A DNA stretch of 64,000 nucleotides from Myxococcota bacterium (GTDB taxonomy: Bacteria > Myxococcota_A > UBA9160 > UBA6930), in the NCBI GenBank assembly GCA_965223415.1, contig OZ245002.1, forward strand, positions 1,280,001 through 1,344,000, given 5' to 3'. Below, piece after piece: positions 55,353 to 64,000 of the stretch. The notes under the pieces were generated by a model that was not told the origin of the DNA, made no database searches, and saw nothing but the letters and a program-made list of their open reading frames with translations. Position numbers and translations under genes: made by a program. Numbering within the stretch: position 1 is the stretch's first letter; every line of letters begins with the position of its first letter.

Positions 55353-56600
55353 CTAGCGTTTGGCTTCCCGGCCGAAGAGGATGCCGGCCACCCGTCGGAT
55401 CTGGATCTCCTCGGAGCCCTCGGTGATCCGGTAGCGCCGATGGTGGCGGTAGATGTGCTCGAAGGGCTTGTGCCGCGTGTAGCCGATGCCGCCGTGCACC
55501 TGGATGGCCTGGTCCGCGGCGTTGCAGACGAGCCGGTTCGCCCGGTAGTTGCACATGGAGACCTTGTCGGTGACGTCCATGTGGTGCTCGCGGTCGAGCT
55601 GCCAGGCGGTCTTGTAGACCAGGTTGCGCACCATCTCGCACTCGGTCTGGAGCTCGGCCAGCGGGAACTGGATGGCCTGGTTCTGCCACAGGGGCTTGCC
55701 GAAGACCACCCGCTCGCGGGCGTAGGCCACGCTCTCGTCGATGCAGTACTGGGCCGCGCCCACCCCCGATGCCGCCTGCCGGATGCGGTTCTCGTGGACG
55801 AAGGTCTGGGCCAGGGCGAGGCCCCTGCCCTCCTCGCCGAAGATGGACGCGTCCGGCACGCGCACGTCGCTGAGCGTCACCTCCGGGTGGTCGCTCGGCA
55901 TGTTGAAGGTCCACCACATGAACTCGACCTTGAAGCCAGGCGTGTCCACCGGCACGAGGAAGCAGGTGATGCCGTTCGCCTGGCCCGGCTCGCCGGAGGT
56001 GCGAGCGAAGACCATGTCGTGGGTGGCGTGGTGCAGCCCCGAGTTGAAGCGCTTGGCGCCGTTGATCACCCACTCGTTCCCGTCGCGAACGCCGAGGGTC
56101 TCGAGCCAGGTGGCGTCGCTCCCGTGGTTCGGCTCGGTCAGGCCGAAGCCCACGCGCGCCTTGCCGGTGAATGAAGCCTCCAGGAACTCCGCCTTCTGCT
56201 CTTCGGTCCCGAAGCGATCCATCATGATCGCGAAGGGGAAGTTCCCGACGATCGACGACTCGTTCTGGAGGTCGTTGTGGAGCCCCAGGCCCTTGGCCGC
56301 CAGGTGCTCGCGGATCACCGCCATCGCGAGGTTCGAGCCGCCGCCGCCGCCCAGCTCCTTGGGCAGGCCGTAGCGGAGGTGGCCGGCGGCGTCGGCGCGG
56401 CGCCGCATCTCGGCGAGGAGCGCCTCCCACTCGGGCCGCGGCTGGCCATCGTTCTCGAAGTCGGTCCGCGCCCACTCGCGCCGGTGGTCGAAGAAGCGGA
56501 CGTTGTCGTCCTGCTCCTGGAGCGGCTCGATCTCGCGCTCGATGAACTCGTCCAGCTCGTCCAGCTTGCGCCGGATGTCCTCGGGAATTGCGAAGTCCAT
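55353..56600 (-). CDS. Acyl-CoA dehydrogenase
   Basis: GLTEPNHGSDA, INGAKRF, FGKPL...QAIQF, AIQVHGGIG, RITEGSEEIQ. Confidence 0.93.
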   Translation of the reverse strand: MDFAIPEDIRRKLDELDEFIEREIEPLQEQDDNVRFFDHRREWARTDFENDGQPRPEWEALLAEMRRRADAAGHLRYGLPKELGGGGGSNLAMAVIREHLAAKGLGLHNDLQNESSIVGNFPFAIMMDRFGTEEQKAEFLEASFTGKARVGFGLTEPNHGSDATWLETLGVRDGNEWVINGAKRFNSGLHHATHDMVFARTSGEPGQANGITCFLVPVDTPGFKVEFMWWTFNMPSDHPEVTLSDVRVPDASIFGEEGRGLALAQTFVHENRIRQAASGVGAAQYCIDESVAYARERVVFGKPLWQNQAIQFPLAELQTECEMVRNLVYKTAWQLDREHHMDVTDKVSMCNYRANRLVCNAADQAIQVHGGIGYTRHKPFEHIYRHHRRYRITEGSEEIQIRRVAGILFGREAKR

Positions 56601-56625
56601 GGGCGCGGATGCTACCGCGGATGGA

Positions 56626-57015
56626 TCACGTGTCCTTGAGCTCGATGAGGATCTCGCGGTAGGTCTTCTCGCCGACGTTCAGCGCCCACTCGGTACCGCC
56701 CTTGGGGACCGGCACAGTGTTGCCCTCGGCCGGAACGATGCCGACGAACGGCTCCATCGGGTTGCCCAGCGGCGGGATGCCGGCCACCAGGTCGCCGGAC
56801 CAGATCGCCAGGTAGTAGTCGTGCTCATGGTGGTGCAGGTCGCTGGCCTCGCCGGGCTCGAGGATCATCTCCCAGATCTTCACCCGGTCATCCTCGAACA
56901 GCACCTGGGTTCCGACGCCGCCGATCGGGTCGTCCTTGTGGTCCTCGCGGAACTTCTCGATCCGCTCCTTCATCTCGGGGGTGATCTCGGCGTACTGGGG
57001 CTCGCTGTACTTCAC
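56626..57015 (-). CDS. Small cupin-like protein
   Basis: VGTQVLFEDDRVKIWEMILEPGE...HHHEHDY...NVG...EILIELK. Confidence 0.75.
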   Translation of the reverse strand: MKYSEPQYAEITPEMKERIEKFREDHKDDPIGGVGTQVLFEDDRVKIWEMILEPGEASDLHHHEHDYYLAIWSGDLVAGIPPLGNPMEPFVGIVPAEGNTVPVPKGGTEWALNVGEKTYREILIELKDT

Positions 57016-57075
57016 GGCACTCTCCTGCGATGCGTGGAAACCGGGCCGGCATGGTAGCCGCCTGCGCCCGGGCTC

Positions 57076-57510
57076 CTAGGGCCGGTCGCCGTCCGCCTCC
57101 AGGATCTCGAGCTCCGGGCCGGCGCGCTCGATCGGCCGGGTGTGGCTGCAGGAGTCGGTGCGCCAGCGCCCGTCCTCACTCCGGTAGGCGAGCAGCAGGT
57201 AGCGCCGGCGCCGCTCGAAGACCACGCCGCAGGCCGCGGGCACGGTGCCGGCCCGGACCGAGAGCTCCCGACCCGGGGCGACCCCGCCCTTCCAGACGCG
57301 GACGAGCAGCATCGACGTGGTCGCGGCCTGGGCCTCGACCTCCGGGGCCACCGGCGACGCGTCCCCGGCCTCGACCTCGGCCACGAGCTCGGCCCGCTCG
57401 ATGGCCTCGGCGGGGCTCATCTCGGCACAGGAGCAGGCGCGGCCGGGCGAAGGCGGGGCCCAGGCGCAGAGGGCGAGCCCGAGGGCCAGGAGGGGAAGGT
57501 GTCGGGTCAT
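57076..57510 (-). CDS. Secreted TIMP-like (NTR/OB-fold) protein
   Basis: Signal peptide then CSC; WKG, ACG, YLL, DSC spacing typical of TIMP N-domains. Confidence 0.7.
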   Translation of the reverse strand: MTRHLPLLALGLALCAWAPPSPGRACSCAEMSPAEAIERAELVAEVEAGDASPVAPEVEAQAATTSMLLVRVWKGGVAPGRELSVRAGTVPAACGVVFERRRRYLLLAYRSEDGRWRTDSCSHTRPIERAGPELEILEADGDRP

Positions 57511-57727
57511 GGGGGCACTCTACGGGGCGGGGCACGGATGCGGTGGAAAGGGAACGGCCGTTCCCACGCGACGGAAGAGCTTTCCGCCGGCCGTCCCTGT
57601 GCCCCCTTGAGACGCCCCGTACTCGTCTGCCTGCTCGTCCTCGGACTGGCCCCCCGCGGGGGCCGGCCAGTCCCCTGGACGCCATCACCCCAGGCGACTT
57701 CAACACCTGGATCGGCGCGCTCGCGTC

Positions 57728-57967
57728 GGTGAAGACGAGCGGGTTGTCACCGAAGTCGTCGAAGGTGACGAGGGGCGCCGGCGAGGTGAGGGCGTCCTTC
57801 GCCTCCTGCACGCCGAGCATCAGCTCCTCCACCCGATCGGGATCGGTGCCGTAGATCACGCCCACGGTCATGTTCGCGCGGATCACCTCGTCGGTGAGGG
57901 TCCAGTTCACCACCGGGTGCTCCACCAGGTGGGTGTTCGGCACCAGCATGTCGATGCCGTCGTCGAG
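57728..57967 (-). pseudogene. Fragment of an MscS-family mechanosensitive channel
   Basis: IDMLVPN...VVNWT...VGVIYGTDPD...PAPLVTFDDFGDNPLVF (cytoplasmic MscS domain), with no TM part and no proper start. Confidence 0.7.
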
Positions 57968-58199
57968 ACGTTTCTCCGCCGGCCGCTGCCAGGGGAGCGG
58001 GAGCCAACAGCCCCAACGCCCACCCCGACGCGAGGAGCAGTGCCACCGCGCGTGTTCCGATTCCCGCCCGCTTCCATGCGATCGTGCGACTCGACTCCCG
58101 GGCCCAAGATACGCGCGCCGCCGCAGCGCTGCGAAGTAGGCCGCAGCAGGGCGTTCGTTGGGCCGTGGTACTATGCACAGCCCGCCGGAGGTGCTGGAG

Positions 58200-59423
58200 A
58201 TGCAAGGCGATCGATGGAGCGACGCCATGCTGGACCGGATGCGCGAGATCGGCGACGGCCCGGCGGACGAGGTCGTGCGCAAGGCCTTCGAGAGCGGCCA
58301 GATCCAGCGCATCCAGGACCTGCTCGGCGAGCTGGTCGACAACGACGACCATCCCGAGGGCTCCATTCCCGCCGCGCTCTACCAGATGCTGGACGACAGC
58401 GACGCACCCCTCGAAGGCGTTCCCCAGGAGCTTCTGGAGCGCGGCCAGCAGGTCTTCGTGGAGTACGGACCCGAGATCCTGCTGGTGCTGCTCTGCTACT
58501 CCCTGCCGGCCTCCTACGCGGCCCGCAAGGGCGTTCAGGTGCTCCACCGCACCGGTTACCTCCGGGGCCGGCCGAACCGACGCATCTACGAGACAGCGCA
58601 GATGATCATCGACGTCATGTCGCCCGGCGGCCTCGGCCCCGACGGACGCGGCGTCCGCTCGGCCCTGAAGGTGCGGCTGATGCATGCCGCCGTACGCCAC
58701 CTGATCCTCCACGACGAAGAGAACCCGTGGGATCCGTCGCTAGGCGTTCCGATCAACCAGGAGGACCTCGCCGGCACCCTCAGCACCTTCACCTACGTGA
58801 TCATGGAAGGCCTGGCCAAGCTCGAGATCGAGGTGCCGCCGGAGGCGCAGCAGTCCTACCTCGATACCTGGGGTGTGGTCGGTCGCATGATGGGCGTCCT
58901 TCCCGAGCTGATTCCCAGCGACATGGCGGAGGCGAAGGAGCTCACAGAGCGGATCCAGGACCGCCAGATCCAGACCTGCACCGAAGGAAAGGAGATGACC
59001 GACGCGCTGCTGACGATGCTGGAAGGGAACATCCCGGGGCGCGCCTTCGACGGCTTCGCCGCGGGCCTGATCCGGCACTTCCTGCCGGCCCAGGTCGCCG
59101 ACGGCCTCGGCGTGCCGGAGCATCGCATGGCCGAGCGCATGGCGGACGCCTTCGCCCATCTCGCGGGCGAGATCGACGAGTTCGTCCACGCCTCCGAGAA
59201 GCGCCTCCACGCCTTCCGCCGCTTCAGCCTCCACCTGATCGAGTGGCTCCTGGCCGTCGAGCGGGGCGGGAAGCGCGCCAGCTTCCAGCTCCCCGTCGAG
59301 CTCCGCGAGTCCTGGGAGCTCTCGGATCCGGCCCAGGAGGACACCTTCTGGGAGCTCCTGGCCGATTTTGGCAGGCGCTGGATGCGGCGACTCTTCGGCC
59401 GCTGGCGCGGAGCGGCGAGCTGA
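58200..59423 (+). CDS. DUF2236/MpaB-Lcp-like heme oxygenase family protein
   Basis: SLPASYA, RRIYETAQ, KVRLMHAAVR, WD...GVPINQEDLAGTL; alternative start ATG 58173. Confidence 0.85.
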   Translation: MQGDRWSDAMLDRMREIGDGPADEVVRKAFESGQIQRIQDLLGELVDNDDHPEGSIPAALYQMLDDSDAPLEGVPQELLERGQQVFVEYGPEILLVLLCYSLPASYAARKGVQVLHRTGYLRGRPNRRIYETAQMIIDVMSPGGLGPDGRGVRSALKVRLMHAAVRHLILHDEENPWDPSLGVPINQEDLAGTLSTFTYVIMEGLAKLEIEVPPEAQQSYLDTWGVVGRMMGVLPELIPSDMAEAKELTERIQDRQIQTCTEGKEMTDALLTMLEGNIPGRAFDGFAAGLIRHFLPAQVADGLGVPEHRMAERMADAFAHLAGEIDEFVHASEKRLHAFRRFSLHLIEWLLAVERGGKRASFQLPVELRESWELSDPAQEDTFWELLADFGRRWMRRLFGRWRGAAS

Positions 59424-59434
59424 GCCCGGATCGT

Positions 59435-59675
59435 GTGAAGGTCGTCGACCAGCTCGCCGACGGCCTCGACACCCTCCCCCAGGACCTGGAGACGCTCCAT
59501 CAGGTACGCGACGGCCACCTGAAGCGCCTGCTGTGGGACCACATGCGCAAGTCGATCCACGACTACGTGCCGGGGACACCGCGGCGGAGCGAATGCGCGG
59601 CGTGATCGACTACATCGCCGAGAACCTGATCGGCGACGACGAGCTGGCCGAACGCATCCGACGGAGGAGAGCTGA
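59435..59675 (+). pseudogene. Frameshifted gene fragment of unknown family
   Basis: Coding-like VKVVDQLADG...HDYVPG continues as DTAAERMRGVIDYIAENLIG only if one G is added at GGGG 59572-59575. Confidence 0.35.
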
Positions 59676-59681
59676 TGTGAT

Positions 59682-60518
59682 TCAGGCGGGCTTCGCCGCC
59701 TGGGCCTTGAGCTTGTCGACGCAGGGCTCGCACAGCCCGTGGGTGAACTGGGCGTCGGAGTGCTTCTCGACGTAGAGCTCGAGCTGGTTCCAGTAGCCGC
59801 CGTCGTCGCGGATGCTCTTGCAGCTGGCGCAGATCGGCAGCAGGCCCGACAGCGAGTTGATGCGCGAGACCAGCTGCATCGCACGGAACACCACCGCGGC
59901 ACCGGCGAGCAGCCCGCCGGTCGTGAGCAGGGCAACGAGCAGGATCGCCCGCCGCTGGTCCGCGTCGAGACGCAGGCGCTCGGAAGCCGCGCGCTCGGAG
60001 GCTCCGGCCAGCACCGCGCGGAGCGCCTCTTCGAAACCGGCGCTGGCGTGCTCGGCGGCGGCGGTGCGCGCCCGCGCCTCCTTCCGGCGCCCGGCCGCGA
60101 GCGCCGCGAACACCTCGCGCCCTCGCTCCGCGTAGGCGTTGTGGGCCAGGTCGAGCTCGGCGACCGGCGCCAGCAGGTCGGTGGGAGCGTCCGCCAGCGA
60201 GAGCTCGGTCCGCACCTCCCGGAGCCCCTCCCAGATGCGCGCCGCGCGCTCCTCGAAGCGTTGCTCGGCCGGGGACGCCCCCTGCGTCGCGCGGGCCTCC
60301 CAGAGCGCCCGCTCCAGGGCCGCGACCTGGGCCAGGTGCCCCGCTGCCACCTGGCTCAGGGTCTCGCTCACCTCGAGCTCAAGCCGGGTGGCGTCCTGAC
60401 CGCGCCGGGCGACGCGATCGAGGGCCCAGATCGAGACCGCCGAGGAGGCGCCACCGAGCACGATGGCGCCGACCAGCAGGGTGAAGATCCGGTCGCGGAG
60501 GGACAGCTGACTCAGCAT
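59682..60518 (-). CDS. Membrane sensor-like protein: TM, helical periplasmic domain, TM, C-terminal CxxC...HGxCxxC domain
   Basis: Two TM helices flank a helical region; it ends in LLPICASCKSIRDDGGYW...FTHGLCEPC. Confidence 0.75.
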   Translation of the reverse strand: MLSQLSLRDRIFTLLVGAIVLGGASSAVSIWALDRVARRGQDATRLELEVSETLSQVAAGHLAQVAALERALWEARATQGASPAEQRFEERAARIWEGLREVRTELSLADAPTDLLAPVAELDLAHNAYAERGREVFAALAAGRRKEARARTAAAEHASAGFEEALRAVLAGASERAASERLRLDADQRRAILLVALLTTGGLLAGAAVVFRAMQLVSRINSLSGLLPICASCKSIRDDGGYWNQLELYVEKHSDAQFTHGLCEPCVDKLKAQAAKPA

Positions 60519-60531
60519 GGACCTAGGGATA

Positions 60532-60544
60532 GACGCAATGCGTC
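60532..60544. promoter_or_regulatory. Palindrome GACGCA-A-TGCGTC in an AT-rich divergent promoter region
   Basis: Inverted repeat 13 nt upstream of ATG 60518. Confidence 0.3.
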
Positions 60545-60667
60545 AAAAGTCAACCGGGATGTTTCCCTTTAGAAATCTGATGCTTATGATCGCCTTGGGG
60601 ACGGAGGGTTCACCGGGTGCGTCACCAGATCCCCCGGGGACCTGGGCGGGCGGGGTATCGTCGGGCC

Positions 60668-61765
60668 ATGGGACGATTCGGGCGGCGGGTGATCGATGCG
60701 GACGGCCACGGCGGCGAGCCCCTGGATTGGCGCCGGCGCATCCCCGACGCCTTCCTGCCCCAGATGCGCGCCTACGTCGCCGCCATGAAGGCCCGCTACG
60801 CCGACCTGCCCGGCGGCGGCCACCAGGTCAGTGAGCGCAACCCGCGGCGAGCGGCCCGACCCGACGACGACCTCACCTTCGACACGCCCATGCGCGAGGG
60901 CATGAGCGACCCGGCCCGGCGCCTCGAGGACATGGACCTGGAAGGCATCGACGTCTCGGTGCTGTTCCCGCCCGGCTCCGGCGAGGAGTGGGCGATGGAC
61001 GACCCGAAGTTCGCCGCCGCGCTGTGCCGCACCCTGAACGACGCGCGGGCCGAGTACGCGAGCTTCGCGCCGGATCGGCTGAGGCCCGTCGCCAAGCTGC
61101 CGATGATCGAGCCGACCCTCGCCGCCGAGGAGCTCGAGCGCTGCGTGCGCGAGCACGGCTTCGTCGGCATGGTCACCGCCACCCACATCCGCGAGAAGAA
61201 CCTCGATCATCCGGGCTTCGACGTCGTGTGGGAGACGGCGGAGCGGCTGGGCGTTCCCGTGTGCACCCACGGCGGAGGTCAGGCGCCGGGCCAGGTGCCG
61301 GTGATGATCGAACGCTTCGACACGCGGCTCGGCGTCCACGCGATCACCCATCCGGTGGGCGCCATGCAGGCGCTCTTCCACTTCACGGTGGACGGCGTCC
61401 TGGAGCGCTTCCCGCGATTGCGGGTCGGCTTCATGGAGGCGGGCGCGGGCTGGCTCCCCTTCTGGCTGGAGCGCCTCGACGAGCACGTGGAGCTGATGCC
61501 CGAGCAGGCCCCGGGGCTCTCGAAGCCGCCGTCCGCCTACGTGCTCGAACGCGGCTTCGTCACCGCCGAGCCCGAGGAGCGCACGATCCCCTACGTGCTC
61601 GAGAGCCTCTCCCCAGGCCTGGTCTGCTACGCGTCCGACTACTGCCACTGGGACTGCGCCTTCCCCGACTCGGTCCGCCTGATGGAGGAGCGCGACGACC
61701 TGGACGACGACCAGCGCGACGCCCTCTTCCACCGCAACGCCGCCCGCCTCTACGGCCTCGACTAG
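60668..61765 (+). CDS. Amidohydrolase family protein (Amidohydro_2)
   Basis: VIDADGH, DMDLEGID, CTH, MEAGAGW, YASDYCHWD. Confidence 0.88.
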   Translation: MGRFGRRVIDADGHGGEPLDWRRRIPDAFLPQMRAYVAAMKARYADLPGGGHQVSERNPRRAARPDDDLTFDTPMREGMSDPARRLEDMDLEGIDVSVLFPPGSGEEWAMDDPKFAAALCRTLNDARAEYASFAPDRLRPVAKLPMIEPTLAAEELERCVREHGFVGMVTATHIREKNLDHPGFDVVWETAERLGVPVCTHGGGQAPGQVPVMIERFDTRLGVHAITHPVGAMQALFHFTVDGVLERFPRLRVGFMEAGAGWLPFWLERLDEHVELMPEQAPGLSKPPSAYVLERGFVTAEPEERTIPYVLESLSPGLVCYASDYCHWDCAFPDSVRLMEERDDLDDDQRDALFHRNAARLYGLD

Positions 61766-62341
61766 GTGGCCTGCCTCGGACTCCGCGCGAAGACCGGCCG
61801 GGCGATCGCCGTCGTGCTGGCCGAGGGCGACGACCTTCCCGAGGTCCTCCATCGGGGAGAGCTCGCCCTGTGGGATCCGACCGAACCCGATTCGCACCAG
61901 CCTCACCACGCCGGGCTCGAGCTCCGCGCCGACGAGGCGGCCCGGGTCGTCGCCGCCGCGGAGGCCGTCGCGGCCCGGGCGGCCGAAGCGTCGCTGGCGG
62001 CCTTCCTGGAGGAGATCGGGAGGCAGGAGGTGACGGCGGTGGGAGTCGCCGGCCCTCCGCCCGGGGACGTCTCGCGCATCGGCAACCCGCACGTGCGCGC
62101 CCACGCGGCCGAGGGTCAGCTGTTCCGGCGCGTGCTGGAAGAGGCCGCCGAAGCGCGCGGACTACCCTGGGCGCGACTCGCCGATCGCCAACCCTTCGAC
62201 GCCGCCGGCGAGGCGTTGGCCTGTGATCCGGAGGACCTGAAGCGTCAGGTCGGTCGGCTCGGCGCGGCCATCGGCCCTCCCTGGCGCGCCGACGAGAAGC
62301 TCGCATGCCTGGCCGCCTGGTGCGTGCTGTACGGGTCGTGA
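61766..62341 (+). CDS. Conserved hypothetical protein (possible RNase H-like fold)
   Basis: Abuts both neighbours; LGLRAKTGRAIAV, QPHH, HAAEG, GPPWRADEK. Confidence 0.6.
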   Translation: MACLGLRAKTGRAIAVVLAEGDDLPEVLHRGELALWDPTEPDSHQPHHAGLELRADEAARVVAAAEAVAARAAEASLAAFLEEIGRQEVTAVGVAGPPPGDVSRIGNPHVRAHAAEGQLFRRVLEEAAEARGLPWARLADRQPFDAAGEALACDPEDLKRQVGRLGAAIGPPWRADEKLACLAAWCVLYGS

Positions 62342-63339
62342 TGTGCGTACGCGCCGCACTCCCGTGGCTGCTCGTGCTGGCGTTCGCGGGCTGCGACGCG
62401 ATCGTCGACCGGGCCACGCTCCGCTTCTGGGACTGGGCGGACGAGGCCCCGCTCGACGACGGGAGCCTGCACGTGGTGCTCGTCGGCACCGGTGTGCCGA
62501 TTCCGGATCCGGAGCGACTGAACGCCAGCACCGCCATCATGGCCGCCGGGGAGCTGCTGCTGGTCGACGCGGGCGCCGGCACGATCCGGCAGGCGGACGT
62601 GATGGGGCTGCCGATCCGACGTCTGACCACGGTGCTCGTCACCCACTTCCACTCCGACCACATCGGCGGGCTCGGCGAGACGGTCGCGCATACCTGGTTC
62701 CGGGGTCGCTCCGGACGGCTCGCGATCCACGGCCCGCCGGGCCTGGCCCGGGTGGTCCGCGGCTTCCAGGAGGCGTACGCCTTCGACACCGCCTATCGGG
62801 CGCTGCCCGGCGGCGACGAGCTGGATCCCTCGCTGCAGACCTCCGACGTGCACGAGGTGACGGTCGGCGCGGGCGACGAGAGCGTCGTCCTGGAGCGCAA
62901 CGGGCTCCGGGTCGTGGCCTTCGCCGTCGATCACCGGCCCGTCGCCCCGGCGTACGGCTACCGTATCGAGTATGCCGGACGCAGCGTGGTCTTGAGCGGC
63001 GATACGCGCGCCTACCCACAGCTCGCACTGCACGCGCGGGGCGCGGACCTGCTGATCCACTCGGCGGGCGTCCTCCCCCCGGACTTCGCGGTCGAGAGCT
63101 TCCGCCGCCTGCAGGATCGCCATCGCGTCCCGCGCGCCGATCTCGACCTGTTCGCCACGCCGACGGAGGTGGCCCGGGTCGCCGCCGACGCCGGCGTCGC
63201 GAAGCTCGTATTCTCCCACATCCCGCCGCTGCCCGACGCGGCCCGCCCCCTGTGGCTCCGCGGCGTCGCCGACCTCTACGCCGGCCCCGTGGTCGTCGGC
63301 GAAGATGGCCTGCACTTCGAGCTTCCCCCGAAGAACTGA
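62341..63339 (+). CDS. Metallo-beta-lactamase-fold hydrolase (RNase Z/AtsA-like), probably exported
   Basis: GTGVP, VDAG, THFHSDH, VDH, SGDT, SH; FAGC lipobox-like N-terminus. Confidence 0.85.
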   Translation: MCVRAALPWLLVLAFAGCDAIVDRATLRFWDWADEAPLDDGSLHVVLVGTGVPIPDPERLNASTAIMAAGELLLVDAGAGTIRQADVMGLPIRRLTTVLVTHFHSDHIGGLGETVAHTWFRGRSGRLAIHGPPGLARVVRGFQEAYAFDTAYRALPGGDELDPSLQTSDVHEVTVGAGDESVVLERNGLRVVAFAVDHRPVAPAYGYRIEYAGRSVVLSGDTRAYPQLALHARGADLLIHSAGVLPPDFAVESFRRLQDRHRVPRADLDLFATPTEVARVAADAGVAKLVFSHIPPLPDAARPLWLRGVADLYAGPVVVGEDGLHFELPPKN

Positions 63340-63367
63340 ATCTTCGACCCCTCCTCCCTCTGGAGAC

Positions 63368-64000
63368 TCACCAGGTGTCGATGCAGGGGCGCTTCTTGCC
63401 GGTGCGGGGAGGCGGCGGGGGGGCAGCACGCAGGGCGCGCAGGATCCAGGTGCGGGAGTCGGCGGGGTCGATGACGTCGTCGATCTCGAAGGTCGAGGCG
63501 GTGTTGAGGGCCTTCCCGTGCTCGTACATGCGGGCGACCATCTGCTCGTAGAGCTCGCGGCGGCGCTCCGGGTCCTGCTCGGCGGCCAGCTCGTTCCGGT
63601 AGCCGAGCTTGACGGCGCCCTCGAGGCCCATGCCGCCGAACTCGCCGGTGGGCCAGGCGACGGTGAAGATGCCGGCCTTGAAGCTTCCGCCGGCCATGGC
63701 CTGAGCGCCCAGCCCGTAGCCCTTGCGCAGCACGATGGTGAAGAAGGGCACGCTCAGGCTGCCGCCGGTCACGAACATGCGCGAGGCGTGGCGCACGAGG
63801 GCCGTCTTCTCGGCCTCGGGGCCGACCATGATGCCCGGCGTGTCGCAGAGGAAGAGGATCGGCAGGTCGAAGGCGTCGCAGAGCTGGAGGAAGCGTGTGG
63901 CCTTGTCGGCCCCCTCGCTGTCGATGGCGCCGGCGAGATGGGTGGGGTTGTTGGCGACGATGCCGAGGGGCCGGCCCTCGATGCGCGCCAGGGCGGTGAC
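63368..64000 (-). CDS. Acyl-CoA carboxylase carboxyltransferase domain (C-terminal part; 5' end outside the window)
   Basis: GAIDSEGADKATRF, CDTPGIMVGPEAE, LRKGYGLGAQAM, GMGLEGAV, EIDDVIDP. Confidence 0.9.
   Translation of the reverse strand, partial: VTALARIEGRPLGIVANNPTHLAGAIDSEGADKATRFLQLCDAFDLPILFLCDTPGIMVGPEAEKTALVRHASRMFVTGGSLSVPFFTIVLRKGYGLGAQAMAGGSFKAGIFTVAWPTGEFGGMGLEGAVKLGYRNELAAEQDPERRRELYEQMVARMYEHGKALNTASTFEIDDVIDPADSRTWILRALRAAPPPPPRTGKKRPCIDTW

Noticed and set aside
1..64000. CRISPR arrays, tRNA (including tRNA-Sec), rRNA, transposases, integrases, phage genes
   Set aside because: I saw no periodic repeats, cloverleaf signatures or mobile-element motifs by eye; a covariance-model search could still find small RNAs.

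Overview
This is a very GC-rich, gene-dense bacterial chromosomal region with about 55 CDSs. I saw no rRNA, tRNA, CRISPR array or intact mobile element. It is dominated by lipid, steroid and xenobiotic oxidation genes: SDRs, two P450s, a BVMO, TauD/PhyH dioxygenases, a Rieske oxygenase, F420-dependent LLM/Ddn enzymes, acyl-CoA synthetases/hydratases/dehydrogenase and tandem WS/DGATs. A PEP-CTERM-type protein, a PilZ protein and sigma54-type promoters point to a diderm host (Myxococcota/Binatota-like; inference only). Main discovery: a hidden 411-aa selenoprotein (39916..41151, minus strand) that the ORF track splits in two. An in-frame UGA sits in a W-U-P-P-C redox motif of an AhpC/TSA thioredoxin-fold domain and is followed by a SECIS-like hairpin. 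The domain is fused to a DsbD N-terminal-like domain with its own Cx4C pair and has no signal peptide. The gene is translationally coupled to a PhyH dioxygenase and faces a CxxC-bearing GST across a 22-bp bidirectional promoter. Other patterns: about 17 genes look leaderless (TANNNT 6-8 nt before the start codon); an identical 12-bp bidirectional -10 element occurs at two divergent junctions; there is a back-to-back sigma54 promoter pair; and several pseudogenes are internally collapsed. All calls come from motif reading without database searches.
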